The notes under the pieces were generated by a model that worked only from the letters and a program-made list of their open reading frames with translations, searched no databases and was not told where the DNA came from. The position numbers and the translations under genes are program-made. This document shows positions 31,944 to 42,463 of a stretch of 64,000 bases of DNA, one piece after another. Position 1 is the first letter of the stretch, and the number at the start of each line of letters is the position of its first letter. Origin of the DNA: an uncultured delta proteobacterium (lineage in GTDB: Bacteria > Myxococcota > Kuafuiibacteriia > Kuafuiibacteriales > Kuafuiibacteriaceae); assembly GCA_963803435.1 (NCBI GenBank), contig CAWDML010000001.1, forward strand, positions 1,344,001 through 1,408,000. The letters are read 5' to 3'.

Positions 31944-34160
31944 GCCAGCGCCCCGTGTGGTTGAATCGCCAGCTCGAGGGTGAATCGAGCGCCCCGGCCA
32001 GGCCCCTCGCTCTCGCACCGGAGCGACCCGCCCAGCGCACGGGCAGCGTTCGCCGAGCTGTGCAGCCCGAACCCGTGCCCGTCCCGCTTCGTCGTGAAGC
32101 CATGCTCGAAGATTCGATTCATGTTCTCCGGCCGAATGCCCACGCCAGTGTCCGTCACGATGATCCGCGCGTAGTCGCGGCCATCTCCATTGATCTCGAC
32201 CGTCACCTTTCGGTCTACAGGGCTTTCTTCAGACACGGCCTGGCGGGCGTTGATCAGCAGGTTGAGCAGGATCTCGAGGACCCGGTGGCGATCGATGGCG
32301 AAGGCCGGGATGTCCTGAAACACCCGCTCGAGCTCGACGCCGGTCCGGCTGAAGGCGTCCGCGGTGATCCGGAACGCGTCCTCGACCACGTCCGCCAGGC
32401 TCACGACCTCGCGAAGCCCCACCGAATGGACGTGCGACTGCTGCGTGTCGATGACGACCTTGATGTGCTCGAGGTTTCCTCTGAGCAGCTCGACCTCGCT
32501 CTTGAGCTCGGACGCCTCGTCGCACACCCTCCGGGAGGCGATCGACAGGTAGCGCGCCATCTTCCGGGCGCGCTCGTCCGAGACGTCGCGCTCCACATAC
32601 TCCGCGATCGCGACGGCGGCCTTGCTGACCAGCACCGACTCCGACCTCCGGAGCTTCTCCATCACCAACGACGAGGAGACATTGACGCTGTTGAGCACGT
32701 TTCCGATGTCGTGGAGGACGGAGGAGGCGACGTCCGACATCCCCTGGCGTCTGGCCAGCGAGCGCAGCTGGCCGTGCAAGTGCGACGCGCGGCAAGCTGC
32801 CCGCACGCGGGCCCTGAGCTCGGCCGGAGAGAAGGGCTTCATGAGGAAGTCGTCCGCGCCCGCGTCCAGCCCGGCGACGGTGGCGGTGTCACCGCCGTAG
32901 CCGGTCAACATGATGATCGGGATGTGCTGCAGGGCGAGGCTGGATTTCATCTGACGCGCGAGCTCGTATCCGTCCATCTCGGGCATCACCGCGTCGGCCA
33001 CCACCACGTCGAACGAGTGCTTCGACAGCAGAATCCAGCGCAGCCCGCCCGTCGGGGGCGACCGAGCAGCGGTACTCGCGCTCCAGGACCTCCCTGATGA
33101 CCGCTTGCACCTCCGGATTGTCGTCGACCACCAGGACCCGCGGCCCGGCGGTGGGAGTCCCACGCTGCGGCCGCTCCTCCGTCATCGAGCGCGGGACCTC
33201 GCGGGCCACAGCGGTCAGCGCAGCTCGAGCCACAACCGCCTCCGCCCGCGTCGTCTCCGCCGGGAACCGCATCGTGAACGTCGTCCCGACGCCCTCCTCG
33301 CTCTCCACGCCGATGGTGCCGCCGAGCAGACCCACGTGCTCCTTGACGAGCGCCAGGCCGAGGCCGCTGCCCGGACGCGGGGAGCGCACGCTCGGCCCTC
33401 GGCGCTGGAATCGCTCGAACAGGTGCGCCTGATCGCCCTTGCTGATCCCGATGCCGTCGTCGGAGACGACCAGGACCAGGTCGCCCCCGGCGCGCCGCAG
33501 CTTCACGCGGACGCTGCCACTCTCACGAGAGTACTTGATCGCGTTGCTGAGGAGGTTGAGGAGCGCATGCTCGACCAGCTCGGGATCGACCAGGACCGGA
33601 TCGAGCCTTTCGAGGTCCGCCTCAAGGCTGATCCGGCTGCGCTCGGCCAGCGGCCGGAAGTCCTCGACAATCGAGGACACGAACGGGACCAGATCAGTCG
33701 GTTGCGACCGGATCTCGATCCGGCCCGCATCCGCCGACAACAGCCCCAACACCTCGTCGACGAGACGCTCCAGCCGAGCCGAGCTGCGTGCGACCAGCTC
33801 CAGCTTGGCGGACGCCCCGTCCGGGAGATCCGGCCGCTCCATGAGGTCGGCCAGCGGTCCGGCAATCAGCGTCAACGGGGTTCGAAGCTCGTGGCTGAGG
33901 TTGGCGATGAAATCGGAGCGGACCGCGTCTGCGCGCAGGAGGCGCCGGTTCTCCTCCTCCAGCGCCTCGACCCGATGCCGAGCGCTCTCGAGGATGAAGT
34001 TGATCAGCCCGCTGAGCTTCGCGACCGTGCGGCTCTCGGTGTCGCTCTCAATCGTGAAGTCGAGGCTGCCTCCGACGCCGGCGGTGAGCTGAGCGCAGAT
34101 GTCGTCGACGTCGGCGACGACGGTCGCGACCCGCTCGCTGGGTTCCTCGCGCGAGAGCAT
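31937..34160 (-). CDS. Hybrid histidine kinase HK-REC-HK, apparent frameshift near 33040
   Basis: SHELRTPL, NLLSNAIKY, GSGLGL; REC (VVDDN in one frame, ADAVMPEMDG in the next); second H-box VLHDIGNVLN with GHGFGLH. Confidence 0.85.
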
Positions 34161-36247
34161 CACATGGCGACCGCTGCGCCGCGCACGGCCTGCGCCGCCG
34201 AACGGGGGTTCCAGCTCTCGGCCGGACGTCCCAGCAGGAAGCCCTGCGCGATGTCGCAACCCTCGGAGCGGAGGAAGGCGAGCTCCTCGGGTGTCTCGAT
34301 TCCCTCGCCCACGACCTCGAGGCCGAGGCGGTGACCCAGACCGATGATCGCGCTCGCGATCGATCCGCCGGAAGACTCCTTGCCGATCGTGCGCACGAAG
34401 GCTCGGTCGATCTTGACCACGTCGACCGCGAAACGATTGAGGTACGCCAGCGAGGAGTAGCCGGTCCCGAAGTCGTCGATCGCGATGCGGGTGCCGATCT
34501 GCTTGAGGCCCTGGAGCGTGGCGTTGGCCAGCTCGGTGTCCTTCATCAGCAGGCTTTCGGTGATCTCGAGCTCGAGGGCGGACGGGCTGATCCCGGCCTG
34601 CTTGGTGGCATCGAGGACGGTCTGGACGAGCCCTTCGCGCTCGAACTGCCGGGCGGAGAGATTCACGGCGACGCAGATCTCCGCGTGCCCGGCCTCATGC
34701 CACTCCGCGATCTTGAAGCAGGCTTGCCGTAGCACCCAGGCGCCCACGTCGATGATCATCTCGGTGTCTTCGAGCACGGGAATGAACTGGCCAGGGGGCA
34801 CCAGCGTGCCGTCGGAGCGCGTCATGCGCAGCAGCGCCTCCGCGCCGCGGACCAGGCCGGTCCGCAGATCGCGCATCGGCTGGTAATGGAGGACGAAGCG
34901 ATCGTTCTCGAGGGCTTCGCGGAGCTCGGTCTCGAGCGCGATCCGAGAGGGCAGCACCGAGTTGCTCTCGGCGTAGACGTTGACCTTGCTCCGCCCGCCC
35001 TGTTTGGCGAGGCGCATGGCGGTGCCGGCGTTGCGGAGGATCGAATCCGCGTCCTTCGCGGATCCACCCGAGGTCGTGACGCCCACGCTGGCCATCGGGA
35101 CGATGTCGACGCCGTTGAGGGCGACGACGTCCCGCATCCCGCGGAGCAGCTTGTTGCCCCACTCCATCATGGCATCGTCGCTCTCGACTCCGGGAAGGAG
35201 CACCGCGAACTCGTCGCTGCCCAGTCGACCGACCGCGCAGCTCGAGCCCGCGCAGACGGCGAGACGCTTGCCGACCTCGCGAAGGAACGAGTCGCCCGCG
35301 TCGTGGCCAAGGCTGTCGTTGATGGCGCCGAAGCGCTCGAGGCCCAGCAGCGCGATCCCGAAGGAGGCGGCGTTGTTGAGGTGGATCGCGACCTCGGAGC
35401 GGAAGGCGGTGTGGCTGAGCAGGCCGGTGAGGCTGTCGAGCCGCCGCAGCTCGGCGACCCGACGGTCCGCCTCGCGCCGCTCGACGGCGTAGCGAACCGC
35501 GCGATGGAACGACCGCGCCTGGATCTCCTGCGCGAAGCAGTAGTCGACCGCCCCGCGCGTGATGGTCTCTCGGGCCACCACCTCGGAGCGCTCGTCGGTG
35601 ACCACCAGGACGGCGACGTCGGGACAGAGATCCTTGATGACGACCAGACCGGTGAAGCGCGGTGCATGGAGCGTAGAGACCTCGGCGACGACCAGCGCCG
35701 GATCCTGCGCGAGCGCGGGCAATGCCTCGTCGATGGAGGCGGATGGCGGCTCGACCAGGAAGCCGTCCGCCTCGAGCTCGTGCGCGATCGTGGCCGACAT
35801 CTCCGTATCGGCAGCAATCACGACGGCCCGGCGTGCGCAGGACAGATCGACCGAGGTCTTGGTCTCGTGGTAGTGGAGGCCGCGCTCGATCGCCGACTGG
35901 AGCACGTCGACGCTCCAGGGCTTCGGGTGAACGGCGACGATCGCTTCATCGTGGAACGAGTCTCGGGTGAGATCGAGCTCCGGGAGACCGGTCACCACGA
36001 TGAACGCGGTGTCGGGGGCCACGGCGCGGAGGCGCTCGATCAGCTCGAGACCGCCCATCCCGGGCATGCGAAGATCGGTGACCACCACCGGATATCCGCG
36101 CTGCTCGACCAGCTGGAGCGCCTCGTACCCCGACCCCGCGAGGTCGATCCCGTAGCCAAACCGCTTGAACTGAATGTTGAATGCGCTCCGAGCCAGACGA
36201 TCATCGTCGACGTAGAGAATCCGCTTCGCCGCTGCCGAGGGTTCCAT
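34160..36247 (-). CDS. REC-REC(degenerate)-GGDEF-EAL protein, probable c-di-GMP phosphodiesterase
   Basis: YVDDD and TDLRMP; GSDEF variant; [30 protein letters not shown]. Confidence 0.92.
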   Translation of the reverse strand: MEPSAAAKRILYVDDDRLARSAFNIQFKRFGYGIDLAGSGYEALQLVEQRGYPVVVTDLRMPGMGGLELIERLRAVAPDTAFIVVTGLPELDLTRDSFHDEAIVAVHPKPWSVDVLQSAIERGLHYHETKTSVDLSCARRAVVIAADTEMSATIAHELEADGFLVEPPSASIDEALPALAQDPALVVAEVSTLHAPRFTGLVVIKDLCPDVAVLVVTDERSEVVARETITRGAVDYCFAQEIQARSFHRAVRYAVERREADRRVAELRRLDSLTGLLSHTAFRSEVAIHLNNAASFGIALLGLERFGAINDSLGHDAGDSFLREVGKRLAVCAGSSCAVGRLGSDEFAVLLPGVESDDAMMEWGNKLLRGMRDVVALNGVDIVPMASVGVTTSGGSAKDADSILRNAGTAMRLAKQGGRSKVNVYAESNSVLPSRIALETELREALENDRFVLHYQPMRDLRTGLVRGAEALLRMTRSDGTLVPPGQFIPVLEDTEMIIDVGAWVLRQACFKIAEWHEAGHAEICVAVNLSARQFEREGLVQTVLDATKQAGISPSALELEITESLLMKDTELANATLQGLKQIGTRIAIDDFGTGYSSLAYLNRFAVDVVKIDRAFVRTIGKESSGGSIASAIIGLGHRLGLEVVGEGIETPEELAFLRSEGCDIAQGFLLGRPAESWNPRSAAQAVRGAAVAM

Positions 36248-37514
36248 GCGTTCTCCTGGTAGTTTCATTCGGCGCCCTATCCCGCCCACCCGTATAATCG
36301 TTCGGTCGCGTGGGAACTTTAAGGGAGATATCCCGCGCGCCGGCGACGAGCTCGTCCCAGAGGACCTTCTGCTCGCGGGACATGGCGAAGAATCGCAGCG
36401 ACAGGCGATAGCTCCGCCTGAACGCAGAAGCGGAGACGACGTTTCCGAAGACGCTCATGTTTCCTTTTGGGGTGTGAACGACCAGGCGGATCAGCTCCTG
36501 GAGTGGGAGCTGCTCCCGCCCCTCCATCATGAGCCCGTCGAACGCGATGCCGACCGATTGGTAGCGGAGGCTGGCCGCGCTTCGCTTCACCTCGACCACG
36601 AGAGAGACGGGGTAGGTCTCCCACCGCTGCTCCGAGGCATCGTCGGCGACCTTGCTCTTGGGATCGCGCTTCGAGGGCGTGCTCTCGGGGCATAGACGTG
36701 CCGCCGACTCCACCAGGCCAGGGATCGCGTTCAGCACATGCTCGCGCTCCTGGTCGTCGCGCAGCCTGACTCCGCCCTCGAGATCGCTCGGCATCACGCA
36801 GGCCGTGGAGCGGAGCACGCCGACCACCTGATCGGCAGCGACCACACACTCGACCAGCGGATGGCCCTCGGTCTCGCCGATGGCGATGAGGCGCATGACC
36901 TCCTGCAGAGCGTCCGGGAGACGCCACTTGTGGGCGATGATCAGCCCGATCTCCGCTTCGTAGATCTGGATGATGCCGATCCAGAAGCGCGCCGGCATCG
37001 CCGCGGCGCTCGGCTGTGCGGAGAGGAAGTGTTCGATGCAGCGGATCGCGACGACCTTGCCAAAGTCGCACAGGAGCCCGCAGAGGAAGGCCATGTCCGA
37101 CTTGATACCGCGATGCTTTGCCAGCATCTCCGAGGCCTGAGCGCGCATCACCGTCCGCGACCAGACCGCACGCCTCACCTCGGCGAGCGGCCCGTGGATC
37201 GCGACACTTGGATGAAGGCCTGCGATGCAGGCGAGCGAGAGGAGCTGCTCGATCCCCATGAATGTGATCGCGCGGGCGAGCGAGGTGACCTCGCGGCGGA
37301 GCCCGCTCGTGGCCGAGTTGGAGTAGCGCAGCACCTGAGCGGAGAGCGCCTGGTCGGCCTTGACCAGGTCGACCACGTCCTGGATCCAGAAGTCTTCCTG
37401 CTCGAGCAGCTGGGTGAGCCGGACCGCCTGTGTAGGATAGGGAGGGATCTGCAGCCGATCGCTCTGGATCAGCATTCTGATCCCCCGAACGACGCGATCT
37501 CGATATTCGTCCAC
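36201..37514 (-). CDS. HDOD domain protein with C-terminal PilZ-like domain
   Basis: [32 protein letters not shown]; C-terminal EQRWETYP...[11 protein letters not shown]...LSLRF resembles a degenerate PilZ. Confidence 0.75.
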   Translation of the reverse strand: MDEYRDRVVRGIRMLIQSDRLQIPPYPTQAVRLTQLLEQEDFWIQDVVDLVKADQALSAQVLRYSNSATSGLRREVTSLARAITFMGIEQLLSLACIAGLHPSVAIHGPLAEVRRAVWSRTVMRAQASEMLAKHRGIKSDMAFLCGLLCDFGKVVAIRCIEHFLSAQPSAAAMPARFWIGIIQIYEAEIGLIIAHKWRLPDALQEVMRLIAIGETEGHPLVECVVAADQVVGVLRSTACVMPSDLEGGVRLRDDQEREHVLNAIPGLVESAARLCPESTPSKRDPKSKVADDASEQRWETYPVSLVVEVKRSAASLRYQSVGIAFDGLMMEGREQLPLQELIRLVVHTPKGNMSVFGNVVSASAFRRSYRLSLRFFAMSREQKVLWDELVAGARDISLKVPTRPNDYTGGRDRAPNETTRRTHGTLGSGEADSLRRR

Positions 37515-37524
37515 GGCTCGAGCT

Positions 37525-38463
37525 CTACGCCGCCGCCAGCGAGCGCTGTTCGGTCTCGAAGCGAGTGCGCACGCGCTCCTCGATCAGCCCGAGATCCTCG
37601 GGTGTGATACCGAGCGCCAGCAGGGTCGGGTCGTCGACCTCATCGGCCTCGGCGTCGTCGTCTTCGTGGTCGGCGTCGTCCTCGAAGTCTTCGGTCTGAT
37701 CGTCCGGCTCGACCTTATCCGAGCCAATCCCGAGCAGATGGACCATGCGATTGGCGGCCGAGGTCACCTGGCAGAGCTCGAGGTTCTCCTCGGCCAGCAC
37801 CTCGGCGGACTCAGGATCGTGATGAAGCAAGATCGCGTCGTGGAGCGCCTGGGAGAGCGACCAGCGCGAGATCAGCAGCGCGCCCACCTCGGCGTGCGTG
37901 AAGCCGAACAGCTCCTGCTCCGCCTCACTTGCGCTGATCCCGAGATCCTTCGCCAGGCCGAGGCAGGCGGCCAGCTTGTCGCGCTCGCCGTTGTTCATGA
38001 CCACCCGGCCGACGTCGTGCATGAGGCCGGCGACGAACGCCTCCTCGACGCAGCGCAGCCGCTTCTGCTCGGCGATGGCCTGCGCCGCCAGCCCGCAGGC
38101 GACCGAGTGCTCCCACATCGCCTTCTCGATCTGACCGAACCGCTTGTAGACGGCCCGGTAGGAGGCGGCGACGATCAAGTTCTCCATCGTCTTGAAGCCG
38201 AGCATCACGGCGGCCTGGTGAATGTTCTGGATCTCGGCGACCGGACAATAGGCGACCGAGTTGGCGACGCTCAGCATTCGGGTGGTCAGGCCCTGATCCT
38301 GCGCGACGATGTCGGCCAGCATGTGCGCGCTCGTGCGCTGATCCGCGATGGCGGTCAGGGCACGCGACGCCACCAGCGGGATCGTCGGTAATCTGAAGTT
38401 ACGATCGATCAGCTCCGCCAGCCGCTTGGGATCGTTCCGGGTAGTGATCATCTCCGTTTGCAC
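37525..38463 (-). CDS. HDOD domain protein
   Basis: LPTIP, DQGLTTRMLSVANS, WEHSVACG, AGLMHDVG, FTHAEVGALLISRWSL. Confidence 0.92.
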   Translation of the reverse strand: MQTEMITTRNDPKRLAELIDRNFRLPTIPLVASRALTAIADQRTSAHMLADIVAQDQGLTTRMLSVANSVAYCPVAEIQNIHQAAVMLGFKTMENLIVAASYRAVYKRFGQIEKAMWEHSVACGLAAQAIAEQKRLRCVEEAFVAGLMHDVGRVVMNNGERDKLAACLGLAKDLGISASEAEQELFGFTHAEVGALLISRWSLSQALHDAILLHHDPESAEVLAEENLELCQVTSAANRMVHLLGIGSDKVEPDDQTEDFEDDADHEDDDAEADEVDDPTLLALGITPEDLGLIEERVRTRFETEQRSLAAA

Positions 38464-38472
38464 AGCGTCCCC

Positions 38473-38964
38473 CTACTGAACGACGAACTCGCCGAAGTAG
38501 ATGTCCTTCACACGCTCTTTGCCGAGGTCCTCCTGAGCGCGGGCCAGGAGCTCGTGGCGGATCTTGTCCTTGCCGGCCTCACCGCGGGTGTCGTCGACCC
38601 TGAGGCTCGAGAGATAGCGGATGAAGCCGTCCCGGAGCTTGTGCTTCTCCACGTCGAACTTGGAGACCGCGTCGGGCGCGTTCGTGAGCTCGACGCTCAT
38701 CGAAGCCTTCAGATAGCGCGGAGCACCGCTCTCATCGAGGTTGACGACGAACGTATCCATCGCGGCGAGCTGCCCGGGTGCGGCCTCCTCCTCGGGCGCG
38801 GCTTCCTCCTGCGCGGCGCCGGCCGCGGGCATGTGCATCAGCGTGAAGCCGACGAACCCGGTCGCGCCCAGGTTGAGCACGCCGATGACGAGCGCCAGGA
38901 GCGGCAATGGACCACCGCCCTTCGGCTTCTCGGCCTTCTCGGGCTTGTTCTCGGGCTCGCTCAT
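38473..38964 (-). CDS. fliL: Flagellar basal body-associated protein FliL
   Basis: Single N-terminal TM, MDTFVVNL, RYLK, LRD, VKDIYFGEFVVQ C-terminus. Confidence 0.92.
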   Translation of the reverse strand: MSEPENKPEKAEKPKGGGPLPLLALVIGVLNLGATGFVGFTLMHMPAAGAAQEEAAPEEEAAPGQLAAMDTFVVNLDESGAPRYLKASMSVELTNAPDAVSKFDVEKHKLRDGFIRYLSSLRVDDTRGEAGKDKIRHELLARAQEDLGKERVKDIYFGEFVVQ

Positions 38965-40124
38965 GCTGCACTCTCCCACCCGGCGCTCACCTGGAGTCGC
39001 CCGGAACCAAACAACGCTGCGCCGGCCGCAACCGCGGTCTGCGCGTCCTCGCTCCAGCCGCAGGGAATCTGGAACACTTCCTGGACCCGCTCCTGGATGA
39101 GCGGAATGAACGTCGTCCCACCGATCATCATCACGCCTGCGAGATCCACCGGGCGGGCGCCTGCGGCCACCACCGTCCGAGCGCTCGTCGAGATCGATCT
39201 CTCGACCAGCTCCCGCCAGAGCGTTTCGGCCGCAACCCGCGGAACCTTTATCGCGACCGTCCCTTTGGCGCCTGCGTCGCGTATGCGGATGTTGGTCTCG
39301 GCCGAGGACGAGAGCGCGCGCTTGCCGAGCTCCGACATGCGGACCACCTGGTCCCACAGGACCCGGTCCTTGGTCGGGTCGAGCCCGACGGTGCGCCACA
39401 TCTCGTTGCCGATCCAGCGCGCGAGCTCGGCGTCGAAGTCGTCGCCGCCCAAGCACTGATCACCGTCGCTCGCAAAGACCTCGAACAAGTCTCCCCGCTG
39501 GGCGACCACCGTGGCGTCGAAAGTACCGCCGCCGAAGTCGTAGACCAGGAACCTGCGATCCTGCTCGGCGCGTCCCACCCCGAACGAAAGCGCGCCGGCC
39601 ACCGGCTCGGGCAGGAGCTCCACCTCGCGAAAACCGGCCATGTGCGCCGCGGCGAGCGTCTCCTGCCGCGCCGCCAGAGGCGCGCGGGCGGGCGCGGTCA
39701 CGACGGCCCGATCGATCCTGGCCCGCAGCTTGGTCTCGACCAGCGCCTTGAGCTCGCGCATGACGATGGCGGCGATCTCGGGCGGCGAGTGCTCCCCTTG
39801 TGTGGTCTTGATCCGGACCTCGCCGTGGTGACCCTTGCGCATTCGAACCGCAGTGACGCTGTCGACGAATTGACGCTCGGGTGACTCATAGGGGCTGCCG
39901 AGTAGGCGCTTGAACCCGACCACCACATCCGTGGGATCACGAGCGCGCATCAGCGCCGCCTCGGCTCCCACCACCGGCGGACCCTTAGGAGGAAAGTAGA
40001 CGGCCGTGGGAATGCAGGCATCACCGCGTCCATCGAGGGCGAAGTGGACGCGCTCGTTCACGTAGACGGCTGCGGTGGAGAAGCTGGCTCCAAAGTCGAT
40101 TCCGATGACGATCTCCCCGCTCAC
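38961..40124 (-). CDS. Hsp70-family protein, nucleotide-binding domain only
   Basis: IGIDFG, VVTAPA, LPEPVAGAL, VYDFGGGTFD, LGGDDFD, IGGTTFIP, AVAAGAA; 387 aa with no substrate-binding domain. Confidence 0.9.
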   Translation of the reverse strand: MSGEIVIGIDFGASFSTAAVYVNERVHFALDGRGDACIPTAVYFPPKGPPVVGAEAALMRARDPTDVVVGFKRLLGSPYESPERQFVDSVTAVRMRKGHHGEVRIKTTQGEHSPPEIAAIVMRELKALVETKLRARIDRAVVTAPARAPLAARQETLAAAHMAGFREVELLPEPVAGALSFGVGRAEQDRRFLVYDFGGGTFDATVVAQRGDLFEVFASDGDQCLGGDDFDAELARWIGNEMWRTVGLDPTKDRVLWDQVVRMSELGKRALSSSAETNIRIRDAGAKGTVAIKVPRVAAETLWRELVERSISTSARTVVAAGARPVDLAGVMMIGGTTFIPLIQERVQEVFQIPCGWSEDAQTAVAAGAALFGSGRLQVSAGWESAA

Positions 40125-40216
40125 GCCTGGAGACTCGACCGGACCCCTCGATTCCTAAGAGAGCGACTCAAGTTTGCGTGGCTCGAGCCGATGACTGATC
40201 TCGGACGAAAAGCCCC

Positions 40217-41218
40217 ATGAACCACGGAACAGAAACGATCGACCTACTCGACTGGAAAGACTCGTTCGCCGACGAGATGGTGGGTGAGTCGCGCTCCTTG
40301 CTCGATCAGATTCGAGTCGCCCGCCGCGTCGCCGAGACCGACTGCACCGTGCTCATCACGGGTGAGACGGGTACCGGTAAGGAGCTCATGGCGCAGGCCA
40401 TCCACTGCGCCTCCGTCCGCGCCGACGGGCCGTTCGTGGCGGTGAACTGCGCGGCCATCCCCGACGACCTGATCGAAGACGAGCTCTTCGGGCACGTCGC
40501 CGGCGCCTTCTCGGGCGCGCTCAAGGATCGCGCGGGTACCGTGATGCGCGCGAACAATGGGACCTTGTTCCTGGATGAGGTCGGCGAGCTGCCGCCCCGG
40601 GCGCAGGCCAAGCTCCTCCGGATGCTCCAGGAGCACATCGTCACGCCGATCGGCTCCGACGAACCGCAGCACGTCGACATCCGCATCGTCTCCGCGACCC
40701 ATCGCGACCTGGCCCAGATGGTGCGCGAAGGGACGTTCCGTGAGGACCTCGTCTACCGCCTCAACGTCATTCCCATCGACCTTCCCCCGCTCCGCAACCG
40801 CGGTCAGGACGTCCTCGAGATCGCGACGTCGTTCCTTCGCCTGGCCTCGATCCGCTACAAGCGTGAGGTGATCGGGTTCTCGCCGGCGGCCAAGCGCGCG
40901 CTGGTCAACCATCCCTGGCCGGGAAACGTCCGAGAGCTGCGAAACGCCGTCGATCGCGCCGTGCTGCTCTCGCGCGCCGACCAGATCGAGCCCAAGGACC
41001 TGGGCCTCGCCGAGGCCGACGGGCCGATGACGGACGTCATCGAGGACGAGGTCACGCTCACCGCCGATCTGGACCTCAAGAAGGCGCTCAGAAAGACCGA
41101 GATCGAGTTGATCGAGAAGGCGCTCGAGAAGACCGGTGGGAACCGCACCGAGGCCGCCGCTCTCCTCGGCCTCAATCGCACCACGCTCGTCGAGAAGCTC
41201 AAGAAGACCTCCGTCTGA
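40217..41218 (+). CDS. Sigma54 enhancer-binding protein lacking an N-terminal regulatory domain; candidate flagellar master regulator
   Basis: [53 protein letters not shown]; directly upstream of flgB. Confidence 0.9.
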   Translation: MNHGTETIDLLDWKDSFADEMVGESRSLLDQIRVARRVAETDCTVLITGETGTGKELMAQAIHCASVRADGPFVAVNCAAIPDDLIEDELFGHVAGAFSGALKDRAGTVMRANNGTLFLDEVGELPPRAQAKLLRMLQEHIVTPIGSDEPQHVDIRIVSATHRDLAQMVREGTFREDLVYRLNVIPIDLPPLRNRGQDVLEIATSFLRLASIRYKREVIGFSPAAKRALVNHPWPGNVRELRNAVDRAVLLSRADQIEPKDLGLAEADGPMTDVIEDEVTLTADLDLKKALRKTEIELIEKALEKTGGNRTEAAALLGLNRTTLVEKLKKTSV

Positions 41219-41284
41219 CGTCAAGGTTGGCGACGCCGCCAACGAATCCCCGCCCTCCCCACAATCAAATCGGACCGGATCGAG

Positions 41285-41301
41285 TTGGCCTCGTGCTTGC
41301 T
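41285..41301 (+). promoter_or_regulatory. Sigma54 promoter of the flgB operon
   Basis: TTGGCCTCGTGCTTGCT = GG-N10-GC; upstream palindromes TGACGTCA (41216-41223) and GTTGGCG-N4-CGCCAAC (41226-41243). Confidence 0.7.
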
Positions 41302-41316
41302 CTGGAGGAGACCGCG

Positions 41317-41700
41317 ATGAAACTGTTCGGCTCGCTCTCCAACCTCGAGCGCACGATGTCGTTCCTCCGCGAGCGGAACACGGTCGTCGCCAGCAACATC
41401 GCCAACCTCGAGACGCCCGGGTATCGACCCTCTGACCTGGTGCGCACCTCGACGGACGAGGCCGGCGACTTCCAGACCATGATGCGTACGCACGCCTCGC
41501 ACCTGGCCGCCGCCGAGCCGGTCGAGGGCGGCGAGCTGGTCACGACCGACGACCGCGAGCCCGGGCTCGACGGCAACACCGTCAGCCTCGAGCAACAGAT
41601 GGCCAAGCTGAGCGAGACGCGCGTGCGCTTCGCCGCAGCCAGCACCGTCACCTCCAAGCGGCTGGCGCTCCTGCGCTACGCCGCGGGCGACGGGGTTTGA
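41317..41700 (+). CDS. flgB: Flagellar basal body rod protein FlgB
   Basis: VVASNIANLETPGY; DGNTVSLEQQM. Confidence 0.95.
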   Translation: MKLFGSLSNLERTMSFLRERNTVVASNIANLETPGYRPSDLVRTSTDEAGDFQTMMRTHASHLAAAEPVEGGELVTTDDREPGLDGNTVSLEQQMAKLSETRVRFAAASTVTSKRLALLRYAAGDGV

Positions 41701-41711
41701 GGAGAAGACTG

Positions 41712-42140
41712 ATGAACCTGCTCGATTCGATGAAGGTATCCGCGTCCGGCCTGGCCGCGCAGCGCACCCGGATGCAGGTGGCCTCGGCCAACCTGGCCAA
41801 CGCCTCCACCACGCGGACGCCCGAGGGCGGCCCTTACAAGAGGCGCGACGTGGTCTTCGAGAGCACCGCGCCCGACGGCGACCTGGCGGCCGGCGACGCG
41901 GGCGGTGCGATCAACGAGGTCCAGGTCGCGGAGGTCGTCGAGGATCAGGCGGCGCCGCGGCTCGAGTACGACCCCGGCCATCCCGACGCCGACGCCAACG
42001 GCTACGTCGCGTACCCGAACGTCTCGGTGGTCGAGGAGATGGTCGACATGATCACGGCGTCGCGCGCCTACGAGGCGGGCCTGACGTCGCTCGAGACGAC
42101 CGTCTCGATGGCCGAGCGCGCGCTCGAGATCGGGAGATAA
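41712..42140 (+). CDS. flgC: Flagellar basal body rod protein FlgC
   Basis: SASGLAAQRTRM, NLANA, GGPYKRR, YDPGHPDA, EMVDMITASRAYEA. Confidence 0.97.
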   Translation: MNLLDSMKVSASGLAAQRTRMQVASANLANASTTRTPEGGPYKRRDVVFESTAPDGDLAAGDAGGAINEVQVAEVVEDQAAPRLEYDPGHPDADANGYVAYPNVSVVEEMVDMITASRAYEAGLTSLETTVSMAERALEIGR

Positions 42141-42143
42141 ACG

Positions 42144-42452
42144 GTGGCACGCATCGACGCCTATCGCGCAAATCCGATCGCCGCGCCGGCGACCACTCCG
42201 CTGCGTGGCCCCCAGAAGAGCGGCGCCGCCGAGAAGACCGGGTTCTCCGACATGCTGGTCGACTCGATGAAGGAGGCCGCCCACGCCGAGACCCAGGCCG
42301 AGACCGCGGCCGCCGACATGGTCTCAGGAAAGGCCGACATCCACGAGGCGATCATCGCCCAGGAGAAGGCCGGCATCGCGCTCCGCTTCGCGGTCACCTT
42401 GAAGAACAAAGCCGTCGAGGCGTACCGCGAGATCATGAACACGCAGATTTGA
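42144..42452 (+). CDS. fliE: Flagellar hook-basal body protein FliE
   Basis: DIHEAIIAQEKA, KNKAVEAYREIMNTQI. Confidence 0.95.
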   Translation: MARIDAYRANPIAAPATTPLRGPQKSGAAEKTGFSDMLVDSMKEAAHAETQAETAAADMVSGKADIHEAIIAQEKAGIALRFAVTLKNKAVEAYREIMNTQI

Positions 42453-42463
42453 TGAGCTGAGCC

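Noticed and set aside
38961-40124. Housekeeping dnaK
   Set aside because: Too short, lacks the substrate-binding domain, and has no grpE or dnaJ neighbours
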